From the NCBI GenBank assembly GCA_026417735.1, contig JAOACR010000009.1, positions 423,255-487,254 of the forward strand: a stretch of DNA of 64,000 nt, in the 5' to 3' direction. Source of the stretch: Kiritimatiellia bacterium. GTDB lineage: Bacteria; Verrucomicrobiota; Kiritimatiellia; PWTM01. Positions within the stretch are counted from its first letter, which is position 1. Every line of letters starts with the position of its first letter. Shown piece by piece: positions 18,611 to 27,356 of this stretch. The notes beneath the pieces were generated by a model. The model did no database searches and was not told the origin of the DNA. It was given only the letters and a program-made list of their open reading frames with translations. Made by a program: the position numbers and the translations under genes.

Positions 18611-19426
18611 TCAGGCCTCCGCCGCCAGCTCCGCGGCCCGCCGACGGGCCGCGTCCAACGCGGCGGCCCACGCCGCCGGCACGTCACGGCGCTCAAGCTC
18701 CCGAATCGCGGCGTCGGTGGTGCCTTTCTCCGACGTCACCCTCCGCCGGGCCTCTCGCGCGTCCAGACCGGTTGACTCCAGCAGTCGCGCCGCGCCCGCG
18801 ACGGTCGCCAGGACCAACCGCCGCGCCACCTCGGTCGGCAGCCCGAAACGCACCCCAGCGTTCAGCATCAGTTCGATCAACAGAAACACGTAGGCGGGGC
18901 CGCTGCCGCTGATCGCGGTGACGGCATCCATCAGCTCCTCGGGCACCCGCTCGACGATCCCGGCCGGGCGAAGTGCCGACTCCGCGCGGGCGAGGTCCAG
19001 CTCGTCCGCATAGCGGCCCGCGCACACCGCCGCGGCGCCGGCACCGACCAGCGCGGGTGTGTTCGGCATCGCCCGCACCACGCGCGGCCGCCCGCCCAGC
19101 AACGTCTCGATGCGCGCGGTCGGCACGCCGGCCGCGATGCTGAGCACCGTCGCCGCCGTGTCGATCGCGCCGCGCAACGAGTCGAGCGCAGCGCGCAGCT
19201 GCTGTGGTTTCACCGCCAGCACCACCAGTTCCGCGCCGCGCGCGGCGGCGGCGTTGTCGGGCGCGGTGGCCACGCCGAGATGGCGCCGGCACCACTCCAG
19301 TCGTTCCGGCCGAACGTCGCTAACGCGCATCGAGTCCGGCGCCCGCCCCGCGCGGAGCGCCGCGCGGATCAGCGCCTCGGCCATGTTGCCGGCGCCGATC
19401 CAGGCGATGGTGGTCGGTTCGTGCAT
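18611..19426 (-). CDS. proC: Pyrroline-5-carboxylate reductase
   Basis: IGAGNMA, LAVKPQ, SIAAG, RAMPNTP, SGSGPAY, VTSEKGTT. Confidence 0.96.
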   Translation of the reverse strand: MHEPTTIAWIGAGNMAEALIRAALRAGRAPDSMRVSDVRPERLEWCRRHLGVATAPDNAAAARGAELVVLAVKPQQLRAALDSLRGAIDTAATVLSIAAGVPTARIETLLGGRPRVVRAMPNTPALVGAGAAAVCAGRYADELDLARAESALRPAGIVERVPEELMDAVTAISGSGPAYVFLLIELMLNAGVRFGLPTEVARRLVLATVAGAARLLESTGLDAREARRRVTSEKGTTDAAIRELERRDVPAAWAAALDAARRRAAELAAEA

Positions 19427-19451
19427 CGTGGTGGTCCTGTTGGCGAAAGGA

Positions 19452-20186
19452 TCAGTCGGCGGCGACCGCCTCGTCGGCGGGGCGGCGCCACGGCGACGCC
19501 CGCGGTCCGAAAATGTCGGTGCCGACGCGGATCATCGTCGCGCCCTCCGCGATCGCAACCTCGAAATCGGCGGACATGCCCATGGAAAGTTCCGGCAGCG
19601 GCGTCCCGCACTGCTGCGTGCAGCGGTCGCGCAGTTCGCGGAGCGCGCGGAAGAACGGCCGCACGTCTTCCGGATCCCGGCAGATCGGCGGCACCGTCAT
19701 GAGGCCCGCCAGCTCGATGCGCGGCAGCCGGTTCGCCTCCCGCACCGCCTCCGCGACCGCGTCGGGCGGGAACCCGAACTTCGAGCGCTCACCGGCAACG
19801 TTCACCTCCAGCAACACGCGGATGCGGCGGCCCTCCTCCGCGGCGATCTGATCCACCCGTCGCAGCAACGGGATCGAATCGACCGAGTGCAACATCGAAA
19901 ACAGCCGCAGCGCGGGGCGGACCTTGTTCGACTGCAGATGCCCGACGAGGTGCCATTCCAGGTGTGCCGGGCACAGCGGGAGCTTCGCCGCGGCCTCCTG
20001 CACGCGGTTCTCGCCGATCACCCGCACGCCGGCGGCGGCCGCGGCGGCGACCGCTTCTGGCGGATGCGTTTTGGCGACCGCCACCAGCGTGATTTCCTCC
20101 GACCGGCGGCCCGCGGCGGCGCAGGCCCGCTCGATCCGCTCACGGACGCGGGCAACGCGATCGGCAATCGAAGCGAGGTCGGTCAT
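19452..20186 (-). CDS. yggS: PLP homeostasis protein YggS/PLPBP
   Basis: LVAVAKT, GENRVQE, GHLQSNK, LSMGMSADF, RVGTDIFG; classic yggS-proC pairing. Confidence 0.96.
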   Translation of the reverse strand: MTDLASIADRVARVRERIERACAAAGRRSEEITLVAVAKTHPPEAVAAAAAAGVRVIGENRVQEAAAKLPLCPAHLEWHLVGHLQSNKVRPALRLFSMLHSVDSIPLLRRVDQIAAEEGRRIRVLLEVNVAGERSKFGFPPDAVAEAVREANRLPRIELAGLMTVPPICRDPEDVRPFFRALRELRDRCTQQCGTPLPELSMGMSADFEVAIAEGATMIRVGTDIFGPRASPWRRPADEAVAAD

Positions 20187-20248
20187 CCTCGGCAACGTTG
20201 TGCGCGGGCATCATCGGACGCTCCGCCGTGAAGTCAATCCGCGCGCGG

Positions 20249-21025
20249 TCACCGTCGGGGTGTGTTCGCGTCCGCGGGCGCGGCGCCGGTCGGCACAACG
20301 GCGGCGGGTGCGGGCGGGTTCGTCGACGTGGCCAGCGGTGGGGGCAGACCGGTTTCGACGAGTTTCTGCGCCGCGCGGCGTTTCTGCTCGAGCACCTTCA
20401 GACCCGCTTCTGCGACGCCGGCAAACGGCCCCTCCGGGTGTAGCGCCAGATATTCCTCGTAGGCCTGCCGCGCCTCCGTGTATCGTCCCATCTGCTCAAA
20501 GGTGCGCGCGCGGCCGAGCAACGCGAGCGAACCCTGCAGCGAGGTGCTCTCGCGGGACCGCACCGCCTCATAGATCTTCAGCGCCTCCTCCAGCCGGCCG
20601 ATCGCTTCCAGGCAGGTGGCGCGGTTCACCTCCGCAACGGGCGCCAGCGGGTGCTGGGGATAGTCCTTGAGAAACTGTGCGTAGCGCTTCTCTGCTTCCT
20701 CGTAACGGCCGTTGTGGAAGTCGAGCCGGGCCAGTGCGAGCCCCCCGATCGGCGCACTGGAGGTGCGGCGATATTTTTCCACCAACTTCTCAATCTGCTC
20801 GACCCGTCCGCTGGTGAGCAGCCGAGCCGCTTCCTCCTCCGCGGCGCGCCGGCGTTGGCGGACGAACCCCACCGCAACCACGATCACGATCGCGATCGCG
20901 GCGCCCAGCAGCAGCGGGCGGCCGTAGTCGCGCAGCAGGCTTTGCCAGTCCAGCGGGGCGCTCTCTGCGGGAGCGGCCGCGCCGGGCGGACCGGACTTCG
21001 CCGGCGGACGATGCTCATCCGTCAT
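20249..21025 (-). CDS. Membrane-anchored TPR protein (YfgM-like)
   Basis: ATG 21025, a single TM segment, then TPR-like helices (LARLDFHNGRYEEAEKRY, GRARTFEQMGRYTEARQAY). Confidence 0.8.
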   Translation of the reverse strand: MTDEHRPPAKSGPPGAAAPAESAPLDWQSLLRDYGRPLLLGAAIAIVIVVAVGFVRQRRRAAEEEAARLLTSGRVEQIEKLVEKYRRTSSAPIGGLALARLDFHNGRYEEAEKRYAQFLKDYPQHPLAPVAEVNRATCLEAIGRLEEALKIYEAVRSRESTSLQGSLALLGRARTFEQMGRYTEARQAYEEYLALHPEGPFAGVAEAGLKVLEQKRRAAQKLVETGLPPPLATSTNPPAPAAVVPTGAAPADANTPRR

Positions 21026-21160
21026 CGGGGTGCCCTCGGTGCACAGGCGCCGCATCGTGCCGTGTGGCGAGCCCAAATGCAAGCGGACGGCGGCCTCCAT
21101 GGATGGGAGGCGTTCCGGGGCGAGCGGTCCAACGTCGGGATGCCGTTGCAGGGCGCCTGG

Positions 21161-21189
21161 TTGAAGGCCGGCCATCCATCCGATAGTGT
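21161..21189 (+). promoter_or_regulatory. Putative sigma70 promoter for the tkt operon
   Basis: TTGAAG-N17-TAGTGT about 40 nt upstream of the tkt ATG. Confidence 0.4.
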
Positions 21190-21231
21190 GGAGAGTCGCG
21201 TTGGAGGGCGGTGGGCGGCGAAAGGGTCAGC

Positions 21232-23226
21232 ATGAACCTGCAACTGGTGGCGAACACGATCCGCGGGCTGGCGATGGACGCGGTGGAGCGGGCGAAGTCC
21301 GGCCATCCGGGGATGCCGATGGGTATGGCGGACGTCGCGGCGGTGTTGTGGCTGAAGTACTTGAAACACGATCCGGCCGATCCGGACTGGCCAGACCGCG
21401 ACCGCTTCGTGTTGTCGGCGGGGCACGGCTCAATGCTGCTCTACAGCCTATTGCACCTGGCCGGCTACGATCTTCCGATCGAGGAGCTTCAGCGGTTCCG
21501 CCAGCTCGGCAGCCGCACGCCCGGGCATCCGGAGCACGGCGACACGCCGGGCGTCGAGACCACGACCGGTCCGCTCGGGCAGGGCAGCGGCAACGCGGTG
21601 GGGATGGCGATCGCTGAGCGGATGCTCGCGGCGCGGTTCAACGTCGCGGGCGAACCGCCGGTGGTGGACCACCGCACCTGGGTGATCGCGGGCGACGGCT
21701 GCCTGATGGAGGGTATTTCACACGAGGTGTTTTCGCTGGCGGGGCACCTGCGGCTGGGACGGCTGATCGTGTTCTACGACTCGAACCGCATCACGATTGA
21801 AGGTTCCACTGAGCTGGCCTGCAGCGACGACGCGCGGCGCCGGTTCGAGGCGTACGGCTGGGCGGTGCAGGAGATTGACGGTCACGACTTCGCGCAGATC
21901 GAGGCGGCGATCGAACGGGCGTTGGCCTCGGAAGATCGGCCGCACCTCATCCTCACGCACACGCACATCGCGCAAGGTGCGCCGCACCTGCGCGACTCGC
22001 ACGAGGCCCACGGCGCGCCGCTGGGACCGGAAGAGGTGCGTGCAGCGAAACTGAACCTGGGGCTACCCACCGACCGCGAGTTCTATGTGCCGGACGAGGT
22101 GCGCGCCATGTTTGCGGCGCGGCGCGAACAGATGGCCGCGCTGCACGAACGATGGCGGAGGACCTTCCGCCGTTGGAAGGCCGCGCACCCCGAGCTCGCC
22201 GCACAGTGGTCCGCCGCAATGAAGGGCGAGATACCGTCGGACATCGAGTCGGCGCTCCCCACCTTCGACCCCGCCAAGCCGGTGGCAACGCGGGCGGCCT
22301 CGGGTAAGACGCTGCAAGCGCTCGCCCCCCGAATCCCATGGCTGGTCGGCGGCTCCGCGGACCTGGCGCCGAGCAACAACACGTACCTGACCGGTTTGGG
22401 CGACATCGCGGCCGGCGCCTTCGGAGGTCGCAACTTCCACTTCGGTGTGCGCGAGCACGGCATGGCGGCGATCATGAACGGCATCGCGCTGCACGGGGGG
22501 TTCCGCATCTACGGCGCGACGTTCCTGGTGTTCAGCGACTACGCCCGGCCTGCGATCCGGCTCGCCGCGATGATGAGGCTGCCAGTGATCTATGTGTTCA
22601 CGCACGACAGCATCTTCGTGGGTGAGGACGGCCCCACGCACCAGCCGATCGAGCACATGGCTGCGCTGCGGGCGATTCCGAACCTCGTGGTGATCCGGCC
22701 GGCCGACGCCGCGGAAACTGCCGCCGCCTGGGCGGTGGCACTGCGCCATCGCGAGGGGCCGGTCGCGCTGCTGCTGACGCGTCAGGCGGTACCGGTGCTG
22801 GACCGCGCCTCGCTGCCGCCCGCCTCGGAAATCGCGCGAGGCGGCTACGTGCTGTGGGAAAGTCGGCCGGGCTCAAAGCCGGAACTGGTGATCATCGCGA
22901 CAGGATCCGAGGTGGCGCCGTCCTTGGAAGCGGCCCGGCAGCTTGCGCAGCAGGATGGCCGGGCGGTGCGCGTCGTGAACCTCGCCTCCTGGGAGCTGTT
23001 CGAGCGGCAGCCGCGCACGTACCGCAACCGCGTCATTCCGCCGGGTTGCCGGCGACGGCTCGCGGTGGAAGCGGGCTGGCCGCTCGGGTGGGAGCGGTAC
23101 GTCGGGCTGTCCGGCCGCGTGCTGGGCATCCGTCGGTTCGGCGCCTCCGGACCGGCGAAGGCGGTGGGCGAGTTTTTCGGCATGACCACCGCGCACATCC
23201 TGGCGGCCGCGCGCGAGATGTTCTAG
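21232..23226 (+). CDS. tkt: Transketolase
   Basis: [59 protein letters not shown]. Confidence 0.98.
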   Translation: MNLQLVANTIRGLAMDAVERAKSGHPGMPMGMADVAAVLWLKYLKHDPADPDWPDRDRFVLSAGHGSMLLYSLLHLAGYDLPIEELQRFRQLGSRTPGHPEHGDTPGVETTTGPLGQGSGNAVGMAIAERMLAARFNVAGEPPVVDHRTWVIAGDGCLMEGISHEVFSLAGHLRLGRLIVFYDSNRITIEGSTELACSDDARRRFEAYGWAVQEIDGHDFAQIEAAIERALASEDRPHLILTHTHIAQGAPHLRDSHEAHGAPLGPEEVRAAKLNLGLPTDREFYVPDEVRAMFAARREQMAALHERWRRTFRRWKAAHPELAAQWSAAMKGEIPSDIESALPTFDPAKPVATRAASGKTLQALAPRIPWLVGGSADLAPSNNTYLTGLGDIAAGAFGGRNFHFGVREHGMAAIMNGIALHGGFRIYGATFLVFSDYARPAIRLAAMMRLPVIYVFTHDSIFVGEDGPTHQPIEHMAALRAIPNLVVIRPADAAETAAAWAVALRHREGPVALLLTRQAVPVLDRASLPPASEIARGGYVLWESRPGSKPELVIIATGSEVAPSLEAARQLAQQDGRAVRVVNLASWELFERQPRTYRNRVIPPGCRRRLAVEAGWPLGWERYVGLSGRVLGIRRFGASGPAKAVGEFFGMTTAHILAAAREMF

Positions 23227-23254
23227 CCGCCGGGTCCGCACACGGGAGGGGCGG

Positions 23255-23941
23255 GTGACGAGAGAGACGGAGGACCGCATCGCGTCGGATCGGGGGCCGG
23301 TCGGGCGGGCGGTCGCGTTCGGGGTGGTCTCCGTGCTGCTGCTGGCCGCCAGCGTGCTGCTGCCGCTGCGCGAGTGGTGGCAGGTCGAGCGGCTGGTGGA
23401 GCTCGGGCGCCGGCTCGGCCCCTGGGGGCCGGTCGCGATCGTGGTGGTCGGGCTCGTCGCCCCGCTGCTGATGCTGCCGCGCTGGCCGATCGCGGTGGTC
23501 AGTGGCCTGCTGTACGGCATTGGACCCGGAGCGGCGCTCGCGAACACCGCTTCGACTTTGGGGGCGCTGATGCACTACGCGCTGGCCCGTTCGATGCTCG
23601 CTCCATGGTGCCGATCGCTGCTGGAGCGGCGCCGCAGCCGCTGGCTCAACATCCCGCCCGGCCGGGCATTTGCGGCGCTGGTACTGCTGCGCGCCTTTCC
23701 GCTCTCGAACTTCGTCGCGACAAACATTCTGGCCGGCACGCTGCGGGTACCGGCGAGCACCTACCTGGCGGCGAGCTTTCTGGGTATGATTCCCTCGTCG
23801 GTGATGTATGCAGCCTGGGGGCGCGCAATTCGCCGGCCCTCGCCGGCATCGGTGGCGCTGGCCCTGGGGTTGCTGGGCGTGCTGCTGGTGGGCAGCTGGC
23901 TCATGCGGCGGCGCGGCCCGCCAGGAGCGAGCGGAGCATGA
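23255..23941 (+). CDS. DedA/VTT (TVP38/TMEM64) family membrane protein
   Basis: 'SGLLYG', 'LLRAFPLSNF', 'SFLGMIP'. Confidence 0.85.
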   Translation: MTRETEDRIASDRGPVGRAVAFGVVSVLLLAASVLLPLREWWQVERLVELGRRLGPWGPVAIVVVGLVAPLLMLPRWPIAVVSGLLYGIGPGAALANTASTLGALMHYALARSMLAPWCRSLLERRRSRWLNIPPGRAFAALVLLRAFPLSNFVATNILAGTLRVPASTYLAASFLGMIPSSVMYAAWGRAIRRPSPASVALALGLLGVLLVGSWLMRRRGPPGASGA

Positions 23942-24537
23942 GCGCGGACCTGAGCGTGCTGGACTGGGTGATCGCCGCGCTGCTGGTGCTGGGCGCGGTG
24001 CGAGGAGCGCTGATCGGTCTCTCGCGCCAAATCTTCTCGTTCGTGATGCTGGGCGCCGCGGTGTGGGCCGCCGCGCGCTTCCAGCCCGCGCTCGCACAAC
24101 GCATCGCCGGCTCGGAGGCCCCACCCGACGCGCTCGCCCGCGCACTCGCATACGTGCTGTTGTTCGCGGGCGTGTGCGCGGGCGCGCTGCTGATCCGCCT
24201 CGTCGCGCGGCTCCTCTTCCGGTTCAGCTTCTCGCCATTACTGGAGCGGATCGGTGGTGCGGCGCTCGGGCTGCTCACCACCGCGCTGGGCGCGATTGCC
24301 GCGCTGGTGCTCTTGACGATGATCCCGCACGAGGGCTTGCACCGCGTTGTCGCGGAAGAGTCGTGGGCCGGCCGTCAGGTGACTGGCCTCTTCCCTCGGC
24401 TGTACCGCGAACTGGCGGAGAAATACCCACTGCCCGAATGGGCTCAACAGCTCAGCGATGAGGCCGCGCCGCTGCCGCCGGCAGGCACCACCGCGACCGC
24501 CGCGCCGACCAACGCGCCCGCCCCCGTCGAGCGATGA
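23938..24537 (+). CDS. cvpA: CvpA (colicin V production) family protein
   Basis: ATGA overlap; LDWVIAALL...RGALIG, 'LERIGGAALG'; 4 TM helices. Confidence 0.85.
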   Translation: MSADLSVLDWVIAALLVLGAVRGALIGLSRQIFSFVMLGAAVWAAARFQPALAQRIAGSEAPPDALARALAYVLLFAGVCAGALLIRLVARLLFRFSFSPLLERIGGAALGLLTTALGAIAALVLLTMIPHEGLHRVVAEESWAGRQVTGLFPRLYRELAEKYPLPEWAQQLSDEAAPLPPAGTTATAAPTNAPAPVER

Positions 24538-24650
24538 GCGCCCGACTGGCTTGCATTTCGCATCGCGCCATGTAGAAGGCGAGGCGGTCCAGCACCCCGG
24601 GCGTTCGGGCCGGCGGGGCGGACCCAAAGATTCAGGAGAGACCCTGGTCC

Positions 24651-25043
24651 ATGAACATACCGCGTGAGCTTCGGTACACGAGCACCCACGAGTGGGTGCG
24701 GGTGAAGGGCGGCGTCGCAACGGTCGGCATCACCGACTACGCGCAGCAGCAGCTCTCGGACATCACCTACGTCGAACTGCCGGACCTCAACGACGAGGTG
24801 AACGTCTCGGACGAGGTCGCGTTTGTCGAATCCGTGAAAGCCGCCTCGGACGTCTATGCGCCGGTGAGCGGCACGATCGTCGAGGTGAACTCCGCGGTCG
24901 CCGAAGAGCCGGACCGCATCAACCGCGACCCGTATGGCGACGGCTGGCTCTTCAAGATCCGGATGAAGAACCCCAAGGAGGTGGCCAGCCTCCTTGACGC
25001 CGACGCCTACGAGGAGCAGCTGCCGCCGGACGAGGAGGAGTGA
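24651..25043 (+). CDS. gcvH: Glycine cleavage system H protein
   Basis: YTSTHEW, VGITDYAQ, lipoyl-Lys motif ESVKAASD, NRDPYGDGW. Confidence 0.97.
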   Translation: MNIPRELRYTSTHEWVRVKGGVATVGITDYAQQQLSDITYVELPDLNDEVNVSDEVAFVESVKAASDVYAPVSGTIVEVNSAVAEEPDRINRDPYGDGWLFKIRMKNPKEVASLLDADAYEEQLPPDEEE

Positions 25044-25801
25044 GCCGGCCGCCCTCGAGCGGTGAGGCCTGGGCGTTCGTCCGCCCCCGGCCCGTCGGCT
25101 ACGCGGAAGCGCTGCGCTGGCAGCTGTCGTTGCATGCCGCCCGGCTGGCTGGCCGGGTTCCGGACGTGGTGCTCTGGTTGGTGCACGAGCCAGTGATCAC
25201 GCTTGGACGTCGGGGCCGGCGGGAAGCATTGCTGCGTACCCCCGAGGAGCTGGCCGCCTGCGGCGTCGAACTGCACGTCGCTTCGCGCGGAGGCGACGCG
25301 ACGTATCACGGACCCGGCCAGTGGGTCGTCTACCCCATTCTGCGCCTGGGGAGAGTCGGCGCGGATGCGCACGGCCACCTCTGGAACCTGGAGGAGCTCT
25401 CCATCCGCACCTGCGCGGACTTCGGCGTCGCGGCCTGGCGCCGCCCCGGCATGGCGGGTGCCTGGACCGCCTCGGGCAAAATCGCCGCGATCGGCTTCCA
25501 TCTGCGCCGCTGGGTCACGCTGCACGGCACCAGCTTCAACGTGGATCCGTGCCCGAACGGCTTCGAGTGGATCGTGCCCTGTGGCCTGCGCGGCGAACCG
25601 GTAGCCTCGCTGCGGACCTGTCTTGGCGGGCATGCGCCGTCGATGGACGCGGTCGCCGAGCGGATGCTCGCCAACTTCGAGCAGGTGTTCGGCCGGCGAC
25701 TGACCGTCTGGCGAGAGGGCGAGGCACTGCCGCCGGAGTTGGCCGCCACGCTGGCCGCTCAGCCGTCCGGCAGCTCCGCGGACTCGCGCGCCTCGAACTG
25801 A
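25040..25801 (+). CDS. lipB: Octanoyltransferase LipB
   Basis: HEPVITLG, RGGDATYHGPGQ, KIAAIG, HG, IVPCG. Confidence 0.95.
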   Translation: MSRPPSSGEAWAFVRPRPVGYAEALRWQLSLHAARLAGRVPDVVLWLVHEPVITLGRRGRREALLRTPEELAACGVELHVASRGGDATYHGPGQWVVYPILRLGRVGADAHGHLWNLEELSIRTCADFGVAAWRRPGMAGAWTASGKIAAIGFHLRRWVTLHGTSFNVDPCPNGFEWIVPCGLRGEPVASLRTCLGGHAPSMDAVAERMLANFEQVFGRRLTVWREGEALPPELAATLAAQPSGSSADSRASN

Positions 25802-26127
25802 TCGCAACTGTCCGTTGCGGCGACGTCGCGCCGGTGCAGCCCGCACCACTGGCGAAAGGGGTTCACCACATAGTGCCGGCAGCGCCGACAGAACCGCGGT
25901 GGCGGCTCGCCGGCAAAAACCCGCGGCGCCACGGGTCGATCCTCCTCGCTGAAGATCGCCGGCTGACGGGGTGCCGGGGACGCCGCCGCCTCCGCTGCGA
26001 CCCGCGCCCCACACCTGGCACACTTGAATTCCTCGCCCACGCGTCGAAATCCTTCGTAGCGAGGGGTCCGGATCCAGAGCGTTTCGTGCCCGCACGCAGG
26101 ACATCGCCCGCCCGCGCTCATGCCCAT
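25759..26127 (-). CDS. Small two-module Cys-rich (Zn-binding) hypothetical protein
   Basis: CPAC...CARC ribbon and CRRC.H...C..H...C module; convergent overlap with the lipB 3' end. Confidence 0.75.
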   Translation of the reverse strand: MGMSAGGRCPACGHETLWIRTPRYEGFRRVGEEFKCARCGARVAAEAAASPAPRQPAIFSEEDRPVAPRVFAGEPPPRFCRRCRHYVVNPFRQWCGLHRRDVAATDSCDQFEARESAELPDG

Positions 26128-26160
26128 GTCTCCCGGCGGTCCGGAACGCTGCTGGAGGCC

Positions 26161-26670
26161 TCAGCCGTCATAGAGCTCGTCGCCGCCGCCGTCCGCATCC
26201 CCCAGCGCATCGCCCATTTTCTCCTCGATTTTGTCCGGATCCTCCCCCGACTCGAGCCGACGCACGACCTCTTCCATCTCCCCTTCGAGCGGTTCCCGCG
26301 CGATCGCCGCCATTTCGCGCATCGCGCGGCCGATCGAACGTGGATCGTTCTCGTCCATGTTGTTCAGCAGCGCTTCCATCCGGGCGACGTCCGCCTCCGA
26401 CGGCTCAAAGCCGCCCTCCTCTGCGGCTTCGCCGGCATCCGCTTCCGTCTCCGGTGCCGCGGCGGCGGCCGACGAGTCGTCGTCCGGAGGCGCCGGCGCG
26501 TCCGCGCGCGCCCCTTTCCGGCCGCCGATCACCGTGACGCGGGAAATCACGCGCCGCATCTCCGCCGCGCCGCAACGCGGACACGCCGGCGTCGTGTGCG
26601 AGGCGATGTTGCGAACCAGAAACTGCGAGACACGGCCGCAACGAGCACAGCGATATTCGTAGATCGGCAT
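26161..26670 (-). CDS. FmdB-family zinc-ribbon protein with acidic helical C-terminal domain
   Basis: MPIYEYRCARCG...CPRCG...RVIS; C-terminal DENDPRSIGRAMREM...RLESGEDPDKIE. Confidence 0.88.
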   Translation of the reverse strand: MPIYEYRCARCGRVSQFLVRNIASHTTPACPRCGAAEMRRVISRVTVIGGRKGARADAPAPPDDDSSAAAAAPETEADAGEAAEEGGFEPSEADVARMEALLNNMDENDPRSIGRAMREMAAIAREPLEGEMEEVVRRLESGEDPDKIEEKMGDALGDADGGGDELYDG

Positions 26671-26734
26671 AGCGGTTCTTGGGGGCCTCCGCAGCCCCTG
26701 CTTTCGAACGATCGTAATCGCGAGGCCCAACCGG

Positions 26735-27304
26735 TCAACCGGCCCGCACCGTGCCGGCCGACGCCTCGGTTTCGCGACGCAGTCGCTTCAGGCGGCCGGC
26801 CAGCGCGATCCGGGCCACCGGCGACATACGGTCACTGATGAGAATGCCGTCCAGGTGATCCATTTCGTGCTGTACGCAGCGCGCGGTCAGTCCCCGCAGG
26901 GTCGCTTCGGTGGGCCGTCCATCGAGCCCGAGCCATTGCACCGTGACTTCGACCGGTCGGACAATCGTGGCACGGATGTCGGGAAAGCTCAGGCACCCTT
27001 CCTCTCGCGCCTCCGTCTGCGAGGAGGCGCGCACGATCCGGGGATTGAACATCACGATCGGCATCGACAGGCCCGGGTTCAATGGGCGGCCCTCCGCGTC
27101 GGCATCCGACTCCGGCGGAACCTCGATCACGCACAGCGCGACCGTCTCGCCGACCTGCTGCGCGGCCAGACCGATCCCCTGTTCCGCCCGCATGGTGTCG
27201 ATCATGTCCTCCGCCAGCCGACGGAGGCGCTCGTCCACCTCGCGGACCGGAAGCGCACGGCGCTTCAACACTGGATCGCCGTAGTAACGGAGCGGCAACC
27301 TCAT
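26735..27304 (-). CDS. def: Peptide deformylase
   Basis: GIGLAAQQVG, EGCLS, QHEMDHL. Confidence 0.97.
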   Translation of the reverse strand: MRLPLRYYGDPVLKRRALPVREVDERLRRLAEDMIDTMRAEQGIGLAAQQVGETVALCVIEVPPESDADAEGRPLNPGLSMPIVMFNPRIVRASSQTEAREEGCLSFPDIRATIVRPVEVTVQWLGLDGRPTEATLRGLTARCVQHEMDHLDGILISDRMSPVARIALAGRLKRLRRETEASAGTVRAG

Positions 27305-27356
27305 GCACCCAGACTATACGCCGCGGTCGGCGTCCGTGCCAGATGCGCCGCCTCGG

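Noticed and set aside
24540..24650. Glycine riboswitch before gcvH (GGAGAGACC)
   Set aside because: It lacks the CCGAAG and CTCTCAGG elements and has too little room; GGAG is probably just the RBS region.
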